64,000 nt of DNA from an uncultured Candidatus Saccharibacteria bacterium. GTDB taxonomy: Bacteria; Patescibacteriota; Minisyncoccia; Phycocordibacterales; Phycocordibacteraceae. The stretch covers positions 64,542-128,541 of the forward strand of contig CAZMTN010000001.1 in the NCBI GenBank assembly GCA_964569655.1, read 5' to 3'. The position numbers and the translations under genes are program-made. Numbering within the stretch: position 1 is the first letter of the stretch; every line of letters starts with the position of its first letter. Below are positions 8,351 to 18,959 of this stretch, piece by piece. The notes under the pieces were generated by a model. It searched no databases and was not told where the DNA came from. It saw only the letters and a list, made by a program, of their open reading frames with translations.

Positions 8351-9046
8351 ATGGATAAGAAGCGCCCGGTAGCGGTATTCGATATAGACGGCACCATCTT
8401 CCGTTCGTCCCTATTCCTCGAGCTCCTCGAGCGCCTGATCGAGAACGGCGTCTTCCCGAAGGAGACGCGGCACGCGTTCGAGAGCGAACGCATGCGCTGG
8501 CTGGACCGCAAGGGGGACTACCAGACCTACATCGAGAAGGCCGTCGCCGTGTTCAGCAAGCAGCTCAAGGGCGTGAAGTACGAGGATGTCGCCTTCGCTG
8601 CCGGAGAGGTGGTAGAGGAGCGGAAGGACCGCGTGTATCAGTACACGCGCGATCTCGTGAAGAAGCTCCGGAAGAAAGGCTACTTCCTCCTCGCCATCTC
8701 GCACTCCCCGAAATTCATCGCGGACGGCTTCGGCTTCGAGGTAGGGTTCGACAAAATCTATGGCTATTTCTACGAGACCGGCGCGACCGGCCGCTTCACG
8801 GGGGCCGTCGAGGACGAGGATTTGATACGCAACAAGGCCGCGATACTGCAGCGCGCGGTGCGGAAGGAGAATCTCACGCTCGAAGGATCCATCGGCGTCG
8901 GAGATACCGAGAGCGACATCAGCATGCTCGAGCTCGTCGATTCGCCGATCGCGTTCAATCCGAACCAGAAGCTCTACGCGCATGCGAAACGCCGCAAGTG
9001 GAAGATCGTCGTCGAGCGCAAAGATGTCGTCTACGAACTCAGCTAG
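8351..9046 (+). CDS. HAD-superfamily subfamily IB hydrolase (phosphoserine-phosphatase-like)
   Basis: ATG at 8351 (MDKKRPVAVFDIDGTIF) gives the DxDGT motif I. HAD motifs II and III are present (LLAISHSP ... GVGDTESD). Confidence 0.75.
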   Translation: MDKKRPVAVFDIDGTIFRSSLFLELLERLIENGVFPKETRHAFESERMRWLDRKGDYQTYIEKAVAVFSKQLKGVKYEDVAFAAGEVVEERKDRVYQYTRDLVKKLRKKGYFLLAISHSPKFIADGFGFEVGFDKIYGYFYETGATGRFTGAVEDEDLIRNKAAILQRAVRKENLTLEGSIGVGDTESDISMLELVDSPIAFNPNQKLYAHAKRRKWKIVVERKDVVYELS

Positions 9047-9851
9047 GGCGAAGCTCTTCCGGAAGACGGTATGGGGCTTCCATAAGGCCCACGGCCGGCA
9101 CGGGCTCCCGTGGAGGAAGACCCGCGACCCGTACCGGATCCTCGTCTCGGAGGTGATGCTGCAGCAGACGCAAGTGGACCGCGTCATCCCGTACTACCAG
9201 AAGTTCCTGAAGGCATACCCGACGGCAAAGCGCCTTGCGGCTGCATCGCTCGCCGACGTGCTCGCGCTCTGGCAGGGCCTCGGCTATAACCGACGCGCGA
9301 AGATGCTCCACGAAGCCGCGAAGCGGATCGTGGAGGAGCATAAAGGCAGGTTCCCGAGCACCATCGAGGGCATAGAGAGCCTCCCGGGCGTCGGGCCATA
9401 CACGGCTCGGGCCGTCGCGGCATTCGCGTACGATACCGATTCCGTTTTCATAGAGACGAACATACGCACGGCGGTCATCAGGCACTTCTTCCGCAGCAGG
9501 AAGACCGTATCCGATGCGGACATCGAGAAGGCGCTCCTGTCCGCGAAGCCGAAGGGGAGGGCGCGGGAATGGAACGCGGCCCTCATGGATTACGGCTCCT
9601 ATCTGAAGCGCGCGGGTGTGCGCACCAACGCGCGCGTGAAAGGGTACGCCAAGCAGTCCGCGTTCAAGGGTTCGTTCAGGGAGACCCGTGGCCTCTTGCT
9701 CCGTCATCTCCTTGACGGCCCCATGAAGGCGGAAGAGCTCATCTCGAGCATCGCCTCGACAGACAGCGTGCGCGTTAAATCGGCACTCGCTTCCTTAGTG
9801 AAGGACGGGCTGGTGGAGCTCAAGAGCGGCCGATTCAGGCTGCCGCGCTAG
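9024..9851 (+). CDS. HhH-GPD DNA glycosylase, MutY-like N-terminal domain, lacking Fe-S cysteines and the NUDIX domain
   Basis: LPWRKTRDPYRILVSEVMLQQTQV and LPGVGPYTARAVAAFAY motifs. There are no Cys in the C-terminal region. ATG at 9024 overlaps the HAD gene end by 23 nt; the alternative track start is 8982. Confidence 0.7.
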   Translation: MSSTNSARAKLFRKTVWGFHKAHGRHGLPWRKTRDPYRILVSEVMLQQTQVDRVIPYYQKFLKAYPTAKRLAAASLADVLALWQGLGYNRRAKMLHEAAKRIVEEHKGRFPSTIEGIESLPGVGPYTARAVAAFAYDTDSVFIETNIRTAVIRHFFRSRKTVSDADIEKALLSAKPKGRAREWNAALMDYGSYLKRAGVRTNARVKGYAKQSAFKGSFRETRGLLLRHLLDGPMKAEELISSIASTDSVRVKSALASLVKDGLVELKSGRFRLPR

Positions 9852-11002
9852 CGGATGTCGAGGATCTTATAGGAAACGAGGACGCCGACCACTGCGATGC
9901 CGGCTCCGGTGATGAGGAAGAGCGGGCCGTAGCCGCCGTAGAAGAGGAGGATGCTGCCGGCGATGGGCGCGGTGAGCGCCGCTACCGGACGGCACATGCG
10001 GAACACGCTCACCGTATTCACGTCTCGCTCTGATACGCACCGGAAGAAGTGGCCTTCGATGGTCGCCTCGGCGAGCGCCGCGCCGACGCGCGATGCGATG
10101 AGGATGAAGAGGATGATGAGCAGCGGCGTCTGCAACGTGACGAGGCCGAGTGCCGCGAATGCGACGCCCATGATGAGGAATCCGGAGATCATGATTTCCT
10201 TGTCCCCGAGCCAGCGGTCCGCGATCATGCCGGCCGGGTACTCGATGAGCACGAACGGCAGGAGCATCACCGTGAACATCCAGCCGAGCGTGCTCCATGG
10301 GAGCCCGATGACCTCATGCAGGTAGAGAGAGATGAAGAACGGCGCCGCATGGTAGAAGAACTGCAGGATGTACGCCGCAAGCACGGTGTAACGCTCGTTG
10401 CGATCGTACCAAATGCAGACGAGCGTAGACCACATGTGCCGCAACCGCGGCATGGTTTTCTCCGGGAGCGGCGAGAGTGCGAAAAGCGCGATGAACGGCA
10501 TGAGGGACGCGGACGCCGCGAGGAACACGAGCTCGTATCGTTCGGTGCCGTCGAGGATCCAGCCCATGAGGAGCGGGGAGAGGATGAGCGCGGCGCTGCC
10601 CCAGGTGATGAACGCGGTGCGGACGCGGCCGGTCTCCGATTCCTCCGCTACCGTCGCCTCGAGCAGGATATCGAGCTGGTACGCGATGAGCGGGGAGATG
10701 GCGCACGCGAGCGCGACAAGGACGATCGCGAGCGGGACGATTGGCGCGTGCGCAAGGATGAGGAGGATCACTGCTTCCGCGAAGGAGAGCGCGACCGCTG
10801 CCTTGCGTGCGCCGGTCATGCGCATGAGGCGCGGTGCGAACGGGAAGACGCCGAGCGTCACGACCGCTCCTGCCGCAATCACGATGCCTGCGAACTCGGC
10901 CGGGATAAGCGTCGCCAGGTACGGCGACAGGATATAGAGAATTAAATAGAAGTGGAGACAGGAAAAGAAATTTCCCAGCGAAAGAACTCGGCGTGGATGC
11001 AT
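9848..11002 (-). CDS. MFS transporter
   Basis: Twelve predicted TM helices with MFS-like loops. ATG at rc 11000-11002 (MHPRRVLSLGNFF...). The track's 5' extension to 11119 is R-rich and unlikely to be real. Confidence 0.75.
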   Translation of the reverse strand: MHPRRVLSLGNFFSCLHFYLILYILSPYLATLIPAEFAGIVIAAGAVVTLGVFPFAPRLMRMTGARKAAVALSFAEAVILLILAHAPIVPLAIVLVALACAISPLIAYQLDILLEATVAEESETGRVRTAFITWGSAALILSPLLMGWILDGTERYELVFLAASASLMPFIALFALSPLPEKTMPRLRHMWSTLVCIWYDRNERYTVLAAYILQFFYHAAPFFISLYLHEVIGLPWSTLGWMFTVMLLPFVLIEYPAGMIADRWLGDKEIMISGFLIMGVAFAALGLVTLQTPLLIILFILIASRVGAALAEATIEGHFFRCVSERDVNTVSVFRMCRPVAALTAPIAGSILLFYGGYGPLFLITGAGIAVVGVLVSYKILDIR

Positions 11003-11067
11003 CGGGAGTATTGTAGCAGGTAAAAAACGAAAGCCGCCCGCGTGAACGAGAGACTTCCGTCTTTCAT

Positions 11068-11481
11068 TCACTCGAGCGGCGGATTCATCGGCGTGTACTT
11101 CACGAGTCTCAGGAGCCACTCCTGGGTCTTTTGGCTCGGCACGTCCGCATGGGCGGCTTCGTAGACCATGCGCTTGGCTTTCGCCAGGTCGTCAGCCGGT
11201 TCCTGGTTCCAGCCGCTGAGGTTAACGATATGCGGGACACGATCCTTGTCCAGGATCATGGTCCGGAACGCGGCTCTCGCCCGGCTCACGCGCGACTTGA
11301 GCGTGCCCTTTTTGACGTTGAGCAGGGCAGCGGTATCGTCGTAGCTCTTGCGGAGGATGGCGGTCAGGAGGAGCGGCGACAGGTGTTCCTTATCCAGCGC
11401 GACGAGGAGGGGCAGGCTCTTCTTTACGTCTTCAGGGGATGGCTTCGCAGCCTTCCTATCGGTGCTCAGAACGGCGTCCAT
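11068..11481 (-). CDS. small protein with only a sigma-70 region-4-like HTH (no region 2)
   Basis: ATG at rc 11479-11481 (MDAVLSTDRK...). LSPLLLTAILRKSYDDTAALLNVKKGTLKSRVSRARAAFR resembles the sigma70_r4_2 HTH. About 60 further residues have no recognisable domain. Confidence 0.5.
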   Translation of the reverse strand: MDAVLSTDRKAAKPSPEDVKKSLPLLVALDKEHLSPLLLTAILRKSYDDTAALLNVKKGTLKSRVSRARAAFRTMILDKDRVPHIVNLSGWNQEPADDLAKAKRMVYEAAHADVPSQKTQEWLLRLVKYTPMNPPLE

Positions 11482-11537
11482 GGGGTACCTCTTTGAAAGT
11501 TGATCCGTATGCTGTATACGCCAAGGCCTGGGTAAAC

Positions 11538-11567
11538 GCAACCGCCGCCCTCTCGGGCGGCGGTTGC
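11538..11567 (-). terminator. GC-rich 13-bp hairpin between rnj and the sigma-r4 gene (terminator or attenuator candidate)
   Basis: GCAACCGCCGCCC-TCTC-GGGCGGCGGTTGC is a perfect stem with a 4-nt loop. Only a short U-tract (GCGUUUAC) follows on the minus strand. Confidence 0.4.
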
Positions 11568-11584
11568 GGTAACTGCTGGGCACC

Positions 11585-13510
11585 TTACACCCCGATGAGC
11601 ACCGGGATCACCATCGGCGCCTTGTTGGTCCTCGTGAAGAGGAAGCCGGCAAGAGTATCCGAGAGCGCGTTCTTCACGTGATCGAGGTCCACCGGGTTCA
11701 TGCCCTGGGTCGTGTCCTCCACGGTCTTCTTGATGAGGAGACGCGCCTGGTTGAGCATCTCCTGGGATTCCCGGAGGTACACGAAACCGCGGGAGATGAT
11801 GTCCGGAGACTTGCGGAGCTTGCCGGTCTTCAGGTTCACGGTCGCGATGACCACGAACATGCCGTCCTTGGCGAGCATCTGACGGTCGCGGATGACGACC
11901 TCCTGCATGTCGCCGATGGAGAAGCCGTCCACGACGAGCGGGGAAGACGGCACCTTCTCCTTATGTACGAAGAGGCGCTCGCCATCGATGATGTCGATCA
12001 CCGTGCCGTTGTCTGGGATGATGATCTGATCCCGCGGGCGTCCTGCCTGCTCGACCGCCTTCGCGTGGCAGGAGAGCATCGAGTAGTAGCCGTAGCCCGG
12101 CATGAAGAACTTCGCATTGACCTGCTTGTTGATCCACACGAGCTCTCCCGTGTTGCCGTGTCCGGTCGAGTGGACGTCGCTCGAGCGGTAATGGATGAGC
12201 GTCGCACCGTTTCGGTAGAGGTTGTCCTTCAGGCGCTGCACCGAGATCTCGTTGCCCGGGATGACGGAAGACGAGAGGACGACGGTGTCGCGGTCGTTCA
12301 GCTGGATGGACTTGTGCTGCTTGGTCGCGATGCGCATGAGCGCCGCGAACTCCTCGCCCTGCGCGCCGGTCGCGAGGATGACGATCTTATCGGGCGGGTA
12401 GTCGCCGATCTCGGTCGACGGCACGAGCGTGCCCTTGTCGATCTTGAGGAGGCCGGTCTTCTGCGCGATCTCGAGGTTGGTCTTGATCGAGCGGCCCTCG
12501 GTGACGATCTTCTTGCCGAGCTTCTCGGAGATCTCGATGATCTTGATCATGCGCTCGAACTGGGACGCGAAGGTGCCGATGATGAGACGGCCAGGCACCG
12601 TCTTCACGATGTCCTCGAGCGTCTGGTTCACGCGGCGCTCCGGAATGGAGAAGCCGTCCTTCTCGGCGTTGGTCGAGTCCGCGATGAAGATGAGGTTCTT
12701 CTCCGCGCCGAGCGCGCCCCATTTCTTCTTCTCATGCTCTGCCGGGTCGCCGTTCTCATGGTCGAGCTTCAAGTCTCCCGTGAAGACGACATTGCCGTAC
12801 GGGGTCTCGATAGCGATGCCCATGGAATCCGGGATCGAGTGGGTGACCGGGAAGAACTTAACTTTGGTCGAGCCGACCGTGACCGAAGTCCCTACCTCGA
12901 CGACGACGAGCTGGGGAGCCGGCATGTCCGGGTACTCCTCCTGGCGCTTCGCGATCATGATCGCGGTCAGGTTCTGCGTATAGATCGGCGGATTGCCGAA
13001 GCGGTTCATGATGAACGGGATGCCGCCGATGTGGTCCAGGTGGCCGTGCGTGATGAAGACGGCGCGGACGCGGTCCGCGTTCATCTCGAGGTACTTGGTG
13101 TTCGGCAGGATGTAGTCGACGCCCGGGTTCGCGTCCTCGGACACGAACTGGAAGCCCGCATCGACGACGAAGATGTCGTTGCCGACTTCGACGGCGCACA
13201 TGTTGCGGCCCACTTCCTCCACGCCGCCGAGCGGAACGACGCGGACGACGTTCGGCGCGACAGGCTCGGGGATGTAATCCGCGGTCTTCTTGGCGGTCGG
13301 AGGACCTGGACGGCGGAGCATGCGGCGGATATCGCGGCTGCGCCCGCCTGGGCGGCCCCCTCCGCCACCGCCTCCTCGGCGATTGCGGTTACCGCCTCCT
13401 CGGCGCTCTCCTCCGCGATTCTCGCGGGGCGGGCGCCCGCTGTCTGGACGAGGGCCCATGGGGCGGGACGGCTGGTGGGGTGCCGGAGCCGGTGCTGGTG
13501 CTGGTGACAT
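11585..13510 (-). CDS. rnj: ribonuclease J (metallo-beta-lactamase/beta-CASP) with an N-terminal Pro/Ala- and Arg/Gly-rich extension of about 85 aa
   Basis: HxHxDH motif (ITHGHLDHIGG), beta-CASP region and RNase J C-terminal domain. The N-terminus is SPAPAPAPAPH...RGGERRGGGNRNRRGGGGGGGRPGGRSR. An alternative start at rc 13459 (MGPRPDSG) would remove the first 17 residues. Confidence 0.9.
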   Translation of the reverse strand: MSPAPAPAPAPHQPSRPMGPRPDSGRPPRENRGGERRGGGNRNRRGGGGGGGRPGGRSRDIRRMLRRPGPPTAKKTADYIPEPVAPNVVRVVPLGGVEEVGRNMCAVEVGNDIFVVDAGFQFVSEDANPGVDYILPNTKYLEMNADRVRAVFITHGHLDHIGGIPFIMNRFGNPPIYTQNLTAIMIAKRQEEYPDMPAPQLVVVEVGTSVTVGSTKVKFFPVTHSIPDSMGIAIETPYGNVVFTGDLKLDHENGDPAEHEKKKWGALGAEKNLIFIADSTNAEKDGFSIPERRVNQTLEDIVKTVPGRLIIGTFASQFERMIKIIEISEKLGKKIVTEGRSIKTNLEIAQKTGLLKIDKGTLVPSTEIGDYPPDKIVILATGAQGEEFAALMRIATKQHKSIQLNDRDTVVLSSSVIPGNEISVQRLKDNLYRNGATLIHYRSSDVHSTGHGNTGELVWINKQVNAKFFMPGYGYYSMLSCHAKAVEQAGRPRDQIIIPDNGTVIDIIDGERLFVHKEKVPSSPLVVDGFSIGDMQEVVIRDRQMLAKDGMFVVIATVNLKTGKLRKSPDIISRGFVYLRESQEMLNQARLLIKKTVEDTTQGMNPVDLDHVKNALSDTLAGFLFTRTNKAPMVIPVLIGV

Positions 13511-13579
13511 AAATGAAAATGCTAAATGTTTTTAATTAACTAACAGTGAGCAGGAGGCAATGCGTCTGCATTCACCCTA

Positions 13580-15304
13580 CTACTTGCTATCAGCTAGGAA
13601 TGGCCAGACCTTCTCCGTCCTAAGATACCAGGTCGCGACGCTGGCGAAGCGATCCGATGGCGCGGTTATCTGGGGAAGCTCGACGCCGCGGAGCCCTTCG
13701 GGTACCGCGAAGAGGAAATCAGGGGCGTGCGTGAAGGCTGCCGGGTAGTCTGCCGCGACGAGCTCGTTGATCTTCGCGAGGTCCGCCGTAACGGCGTCCG
13801 GATCGCTCTCTGCGCGGGCCTTCTCGAGAAGCTCGTCCACGTTCTTGTTCGTGTACATCGCGATGTTGAGTCCCGGATCGTTGCGCTCCGCCGAATCCCA
13901 GAATGCGTAGAGGTCGCGGTCCCGGCCGACCACCATCCCGAAGAGGAGGGCGTCGTACTGGCGGGGGCGGATGACGTTCTGCGTGAGATCGCCGGGCTCG
14001 TAGAGCTCGATCGCGACCGGCACGCCGAGCGTCTCCCAGTCCTGCTTCACCGCGCTCGCGACCGCCTTCAGCTCCGGCACGTTCGACGTCTTGATGGTCA
14101 TCGAGAGAGCCAGGTTCGCCTTCTCGTTCTTCCATGCGAACTGCTCCTCGTCATATGCCCAGCCGTTGCGCTCGAGGATGTCGGTCGCTTCCTCGATGCG
14201 GGTCTCCGCGGCCGGGATCGGGATCTCCGGCACGCCCGAGCCTGGAGGCACAGGGCCCATGAGCGGCGACGCGTATCCGCCGAGGATGCCGTTCACGATG
14301 TGATGCCGGTCGATCGCGATCGAGAGCGCTTTCCTGACCTCTATCCGGGCGAGCGCGGCATTCTCGTTCGGATTGAAGAAGACGCCGAAGACGCGGGAAT
14401 ACGGGGCCTGGATCGAGTGCTCGCCCGGGATGCCGTACGCGCTCTCGACGGTGCCGTCGGCGAGCGCCTCCGCGAGGTCCTCCTGGTCCGAGAAGAAGAG
14501 GAAGTCGATGCGGGAGAGGTACGGCCTGCCGAGCGCATACTTCTTGTTCGCGCTGAGCTCGTACTCCTTGATGATGCCGCTCGCGTTGCGGCCGACATCG
14601 TTCACGACGAACGGCCCTGCGCCGACCGGCTCCGTATTGAGCGTCGAGAAGGGGAACTGCTCCACCGGCACGTCCTTCCAGAGGTGGGCCGGCAGGATGC
14701 CGAGCGTGGTGTTCTCGAGGAACGGGGCGTACGGCTTCGCGAGCGTGAACTTCACGGTGCGCGTATCCGTCGCCTGCACGAGGACGCCGGCCCAGTTCGC
14801 GTATTCCGGAGACTTCAGTGCCGGGTCCTGCGCCTTCTCGATGGTGAAGACCACGTCCTCCGCCGTCACCGGGGAGCCGTCCGAGAACACCGCGTCCGCC
14901 CGGATGACGAACGTGTATGCCTTCCCGTCTTCAGAAACGCTATAGCTCTCCGCGAGCACCGGGATCAGCGTGCCGTCTCCGTCTTCCTTCAGGAGGCCGG
15001 CGTAGGTGAGGGTCACCATGTCGCGGTCCGCGTCAGAGAGCGCGAGCAGGGGATTCACGAATCGCGGAGACCCGATGATGCCCTGCGTGAGCGTCCCGCC
15101 ATAGGCGGGCTCGGAGACGAGCACTGATTGTTCGAGCGCATAGAGGCTGCCGACGCTCGAAAGCATCACGAGCCCGCCGAGCACCCCGGCGATGAGCGCA
15201 TCCCCCTTGGAGAGCGTGCCGATGTATGCGGAAAGCGAGTCGAGCGGGCGTACCGGGTACGCGCGCGTAAGCACCTGACGTATGCGCGAGAAAGTATCTC
15301 GCAT
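13580..15304 (-). CDS. ABC-transporter substrate-binding protein, family 5 (oligopeptide/nickel type), membrane-anchored
   Basis: SBP_bac_5-like architecture of 574 aa with an N-terminal TM anchor. No cognate permease or ATPase genes are adjacent. Confidence 0.8.
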   Translation of the reverse strand: MRDTFSRIRQVLTRAYPVRPLDSLSAYIGTLSKGDALIAGVLGGLVMLSSVGSLYALEQSVLVSEPAYGGTLTQGIIGSPRFVNPLLALSDADRDMVTLTYAGLLKEDGDGTLIPVLAESYSVSEDGKAYTFVIRADAVFSDGSPVTAEDVVFTIEKAQDPALKSPEYANWAGVLVQATDTRTVKFTLAKPYAPFLENTTLGILPAHLWKDVPVEQFPFSTLNTEPVGAGPFVVNDVGRNASGIIKEYELSANKKYALGRPYLSRIDFLFFSDQEDLAEALADGTVESAYGIPGEHSIQAPYSRVFGVFFNPNENAALARIEVRKALSIAIDRHHIVNGILGGYASPLMGPVPPGSGVPEIPIPAAETRIEEATDILERNGWAYDEEQFAWKNEKANLALSMTIKTSNVPELKAVASAVKQDWETLGVPVAIELYEPGDLTQNVIRPRQYDALLFGMVVGRDRDLYAFWDSAERNDPGLNIAMYTNKNVDELLEKARAESDPDAVTADLAKINELVAADYPAAFTHAPDFLFAVPEGLRGVELPQITAPSDRFASVATWYLRTEKVWPFLADSK

Positions 15305-15314
15305 AAAGCGTAAT

Positions 15315-15566
15315 TTAGATGAGGAAGCCCGCGATAGCGCCCGCGACGTAGAGGATAGCGACTACGATGGTCGCGATGAAGATGAACCTCTCTGCGCCGC
15401 GTCGCTTGTAGAACGTCGAAGCGTAATTGTCACCGCCAAAAGCCCCTCCCAGGCTCGCTCCTCGCTGCTGGAGGACGATGCCGATGATGAGGAGTAGGGA
15501 AAGCGCAATTAATGTGTAGGGCAATACTGCCGCAAGTGCCTGCATCTGTAGGCCCAAGGATAGCAT
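15315..15566 (-). CDS. secG: preprotein translocase subunit SecG
   Basis: Two TM helices flanking the Gly-rich loop (LQQRGASLGGAFGGDN). 83 aa. Confidence 0.8.
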   Translation of the reverse strand: MLSLGLQMQALAAVLPYTLIALSLLLIIGIVLQQRGASLGGAFGGDNYASTFYKRRGAERFIFIATIVVAILYVAGAIAGFLI

Positions 15567-15592
15567 GGGGGGAGGAGGCGGGCAAGCAACGG

Positions 15593-15621
15593 AAAAAGGC
15601 GCGCAGGGTATGCTGCGCGCC
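15593..15621 (-). terminator. rho-independent terminator (minus strand) after ORF 15626..15850
   Basis: GGCGCGCAG-GGTATG-CTGCGCGCC on the plus strand. The minus-strand reading is the hairpin followed by UUUUUCCGUUG. It sits between the hypothetical gene stop and the secG start. Confidence 0.5.
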
Positions 15622-15625
15622 CTCC

Positions 15626-15850
15626 TTACCTATGCTTCTGCTTGGATTCGAGGTCGAGCGAATGGGCAGCCGTCATCATGAGGTCATTGCCATAATGGGC
15701 CTTGACCTTGCTTCTTGCTTGCTCCCAGATCGGCCCCTCTCCGCCAGTCTGCTTCCAGGCGGGCTTGAGCGCCTTCTTCGCGTCCTCATGGTCTAACATG
15801 AATGCACTCATCGCACCCTCCATGTACTGTTTCGGGCTCCACCATACCAT
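15626..15850 (-). CDS. hypothetical small protein (about 75 aa)
   Basis: ATG at rc 15848-15850 (MVWWSPKQYMEGAMSAFMLDHEDAKK...). Followed by a terminator. Divergent from groES. Confidence 0.35.
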   Translation of the reverse strand: MVWWSPKQYMEGAMSAFMLDHEDAKKALKPAWKQTGGEGPIWEQARSKVKAHYGNDLMMTAAHSLDLESKQKHR

Positions 15851-15872
15851 AACTTGCGGGAATGCTCGCGCG

Positions 15873-15900
15873 TTGCGCACAATGCCCGTAAGCGTATAAT
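15873..15900 (+). promoter_or_regulatory. sigma70-type promoter of groES-groEL
   Basis: TTGCGC (15873-15878), 16-nt spacer, TATAAT (15895-15900). AAGGA ribosome-binding site before the ATG at 15940. No CIRCE (HrcA) palindrome found. Confidence 0.5.
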
Positions 15901-15939
15901 TCCGGCATCTGGGCGCTTTAATAAAATAAGGATCAAAAC

Positions 15940-17884
<1,945 letters not shown>

Positions 17885-17897
17885 TGTAAAAAAGATG

Positions 17898-17928
17898 CAG
17901 CCGCTCGCGAGAATATCGCGGGCGGCTG
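17898..17928. terminator. bidirectional rho-independent terminator after groEL
   Basis: CAGCCGCTCGCG-AGAATAT-CGCGGGCGGCTG (12-bp stem, one mismatch). TTTCCTT follows on the plus strand and AAAAAA lies upstream, which is the U-tract for the convergent minus gene ending at 17934. Confidence 0.6.
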
Positions 17929-17933
17929 TTTCC

Positions 17934-18299
17934 TTATGCAACCAGGCCTTCAGTGAAGGGCGTCAGGTCTTCGGCGGGGATGGTGGTCACGGTTTCGATC
18001 GAATCCATCGGGACCGTCGCCGACCAGATGCCGTGCGAGCTCTGAATGACGCTCTGGTAGGTGTGGTCGTCGACCGCGCACTGGAAGAGGACTTTTCCGC
18101 CCTTCATCGCAGATTGCAACGTCGGTGCCCCATACTGGTCAAGATCCCGTTTGGGCATTCGCCTCCAGTATTCGTCGATGAACCTCTGCCGCGCCCGCTC
18201 GTTTTGATGGAGCGTGCAGAACTCGCCTTGGATCTTTCCCGGCTTGTTCTCCTGGATGGTCCAGAGCTGGCACCACACCAGCTTCTTCGCTTCTGTCAT
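17934..18299 (-). CDS. hypothetical protein (121 aa)
   Basis: Varied composition (W/Q/C-containing) and convergent with groEL. No recognised domain. The overlapping plus ORF 17895..18893 is Arg-rich artefact. Confidence 0.4.
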   Translation of the reverse strand: MTEAKKLVWCQLWTIQENKPGKIQGEFCTLHQNERARQRFIDEYWRRMPKRDLDQYGAPTLQSAMKGGKVLFQCAVDDHTYQSVIQSSHGIWSATVPMDSIETVTTIPAEDLTPFTEGLVA

Positions 18300-18372
18300 G
18301 AGGTACTCCTATGCTTGGCTGCTACCGCTATACCACAGTTGCCTTTCCCCCTCAACGTTATAAAATGTAGGC

Positions 18373-18930
18373 ATGACCACCATTTACATTATCCTGGGCA
18401 TCGTCGCCGTGCTCGTGCTCTGGGCGGTATTCTCGTACAACCGCTTCGTGAGCCTCGTGAACCGCGCGAAGGAAGCCTGGTCCGACATCAACGTGCAGCT
18501 GAAGCGCCGTTACGACCTCATCCCGAACCTCGTGGAGACGGTGAAGGGATACGCGACCCACGAGGCTGCGACCTTCCAGAAGGTCACCGATGCGCGCACC
18601 GCCGCTATGGGCGCCGCGGGCGACCCGGCGCACAAGGCCGAGGCCGAGAACATGCTCACGGACGCGCTCAAGTCACTCTTCGCTGTTTCCGAGGCGTACC
18701 CGGACCTCAAGGCGAATCAGAACTTCCTCGAGCTCCAGCGCGAGCTCTCCGACACCGAGAACAAGATCCAGGCGTCCCGCCGCTTCTACAACTCGACCGT
18801 CATGAGCCTCAATACGGCCATCGAGTCGTTCCCGGGGAACCTCATCGCGAACACATTCTCGTTTGCTACCATGGACCTCTTCGAGCTCGCTAATCCTTCC
18901 GAAGCCGAGCCGGTGAAGGTTGCCTTCTAA
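18373..18930 (+). CDS. LemA-family protein
   Basis: N-terminal TM plus LemA core (YNRFVSLVNRAKEAWSDINVQLKRRYDLIPNLV). Canonical partner of the downstream htpX. TATAAAAT ends 8 nt before the ATG. Confidence 0.85.
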   Translation: MTTIYIILGIVAVLVLWAVFSYNRFVSLVNRAKEAWSDINVQLKRRYDLIPNLVETVKGYATHEAATFQKVTDARTAAMGAAGDPAHKAEAENMLTDALKSLFAVSEAYPDLKANQNFLELQRELSDTENKIQASRRFYNSTVMSLNTAIESFPGNLIANTFSFATMDLFELANPSEAEPVKVAF

Positions 18931-18959
18931 ACGTTCCTGCGGCATCGCCGCTCCAATCC

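Noticed and set aside
13560-13748. 62-aa plus-strand ORF with a perfect AGGAGG SD upstream of its ATG
   Set aside because: It lies antisense within the 3' end of the SBP gene, and the product is low-complexity. The SD-like hexamer is more simply read as part of the AT-rich rnj promoter region.
15851-15939. CIRCE (HrcA) operator upstream of groES
   Set aside because: No TTAGCACTC-N9-GAGTGCTAA-like inverted repeat is present. Only a sigma70-like -35 and -10 pair is found.
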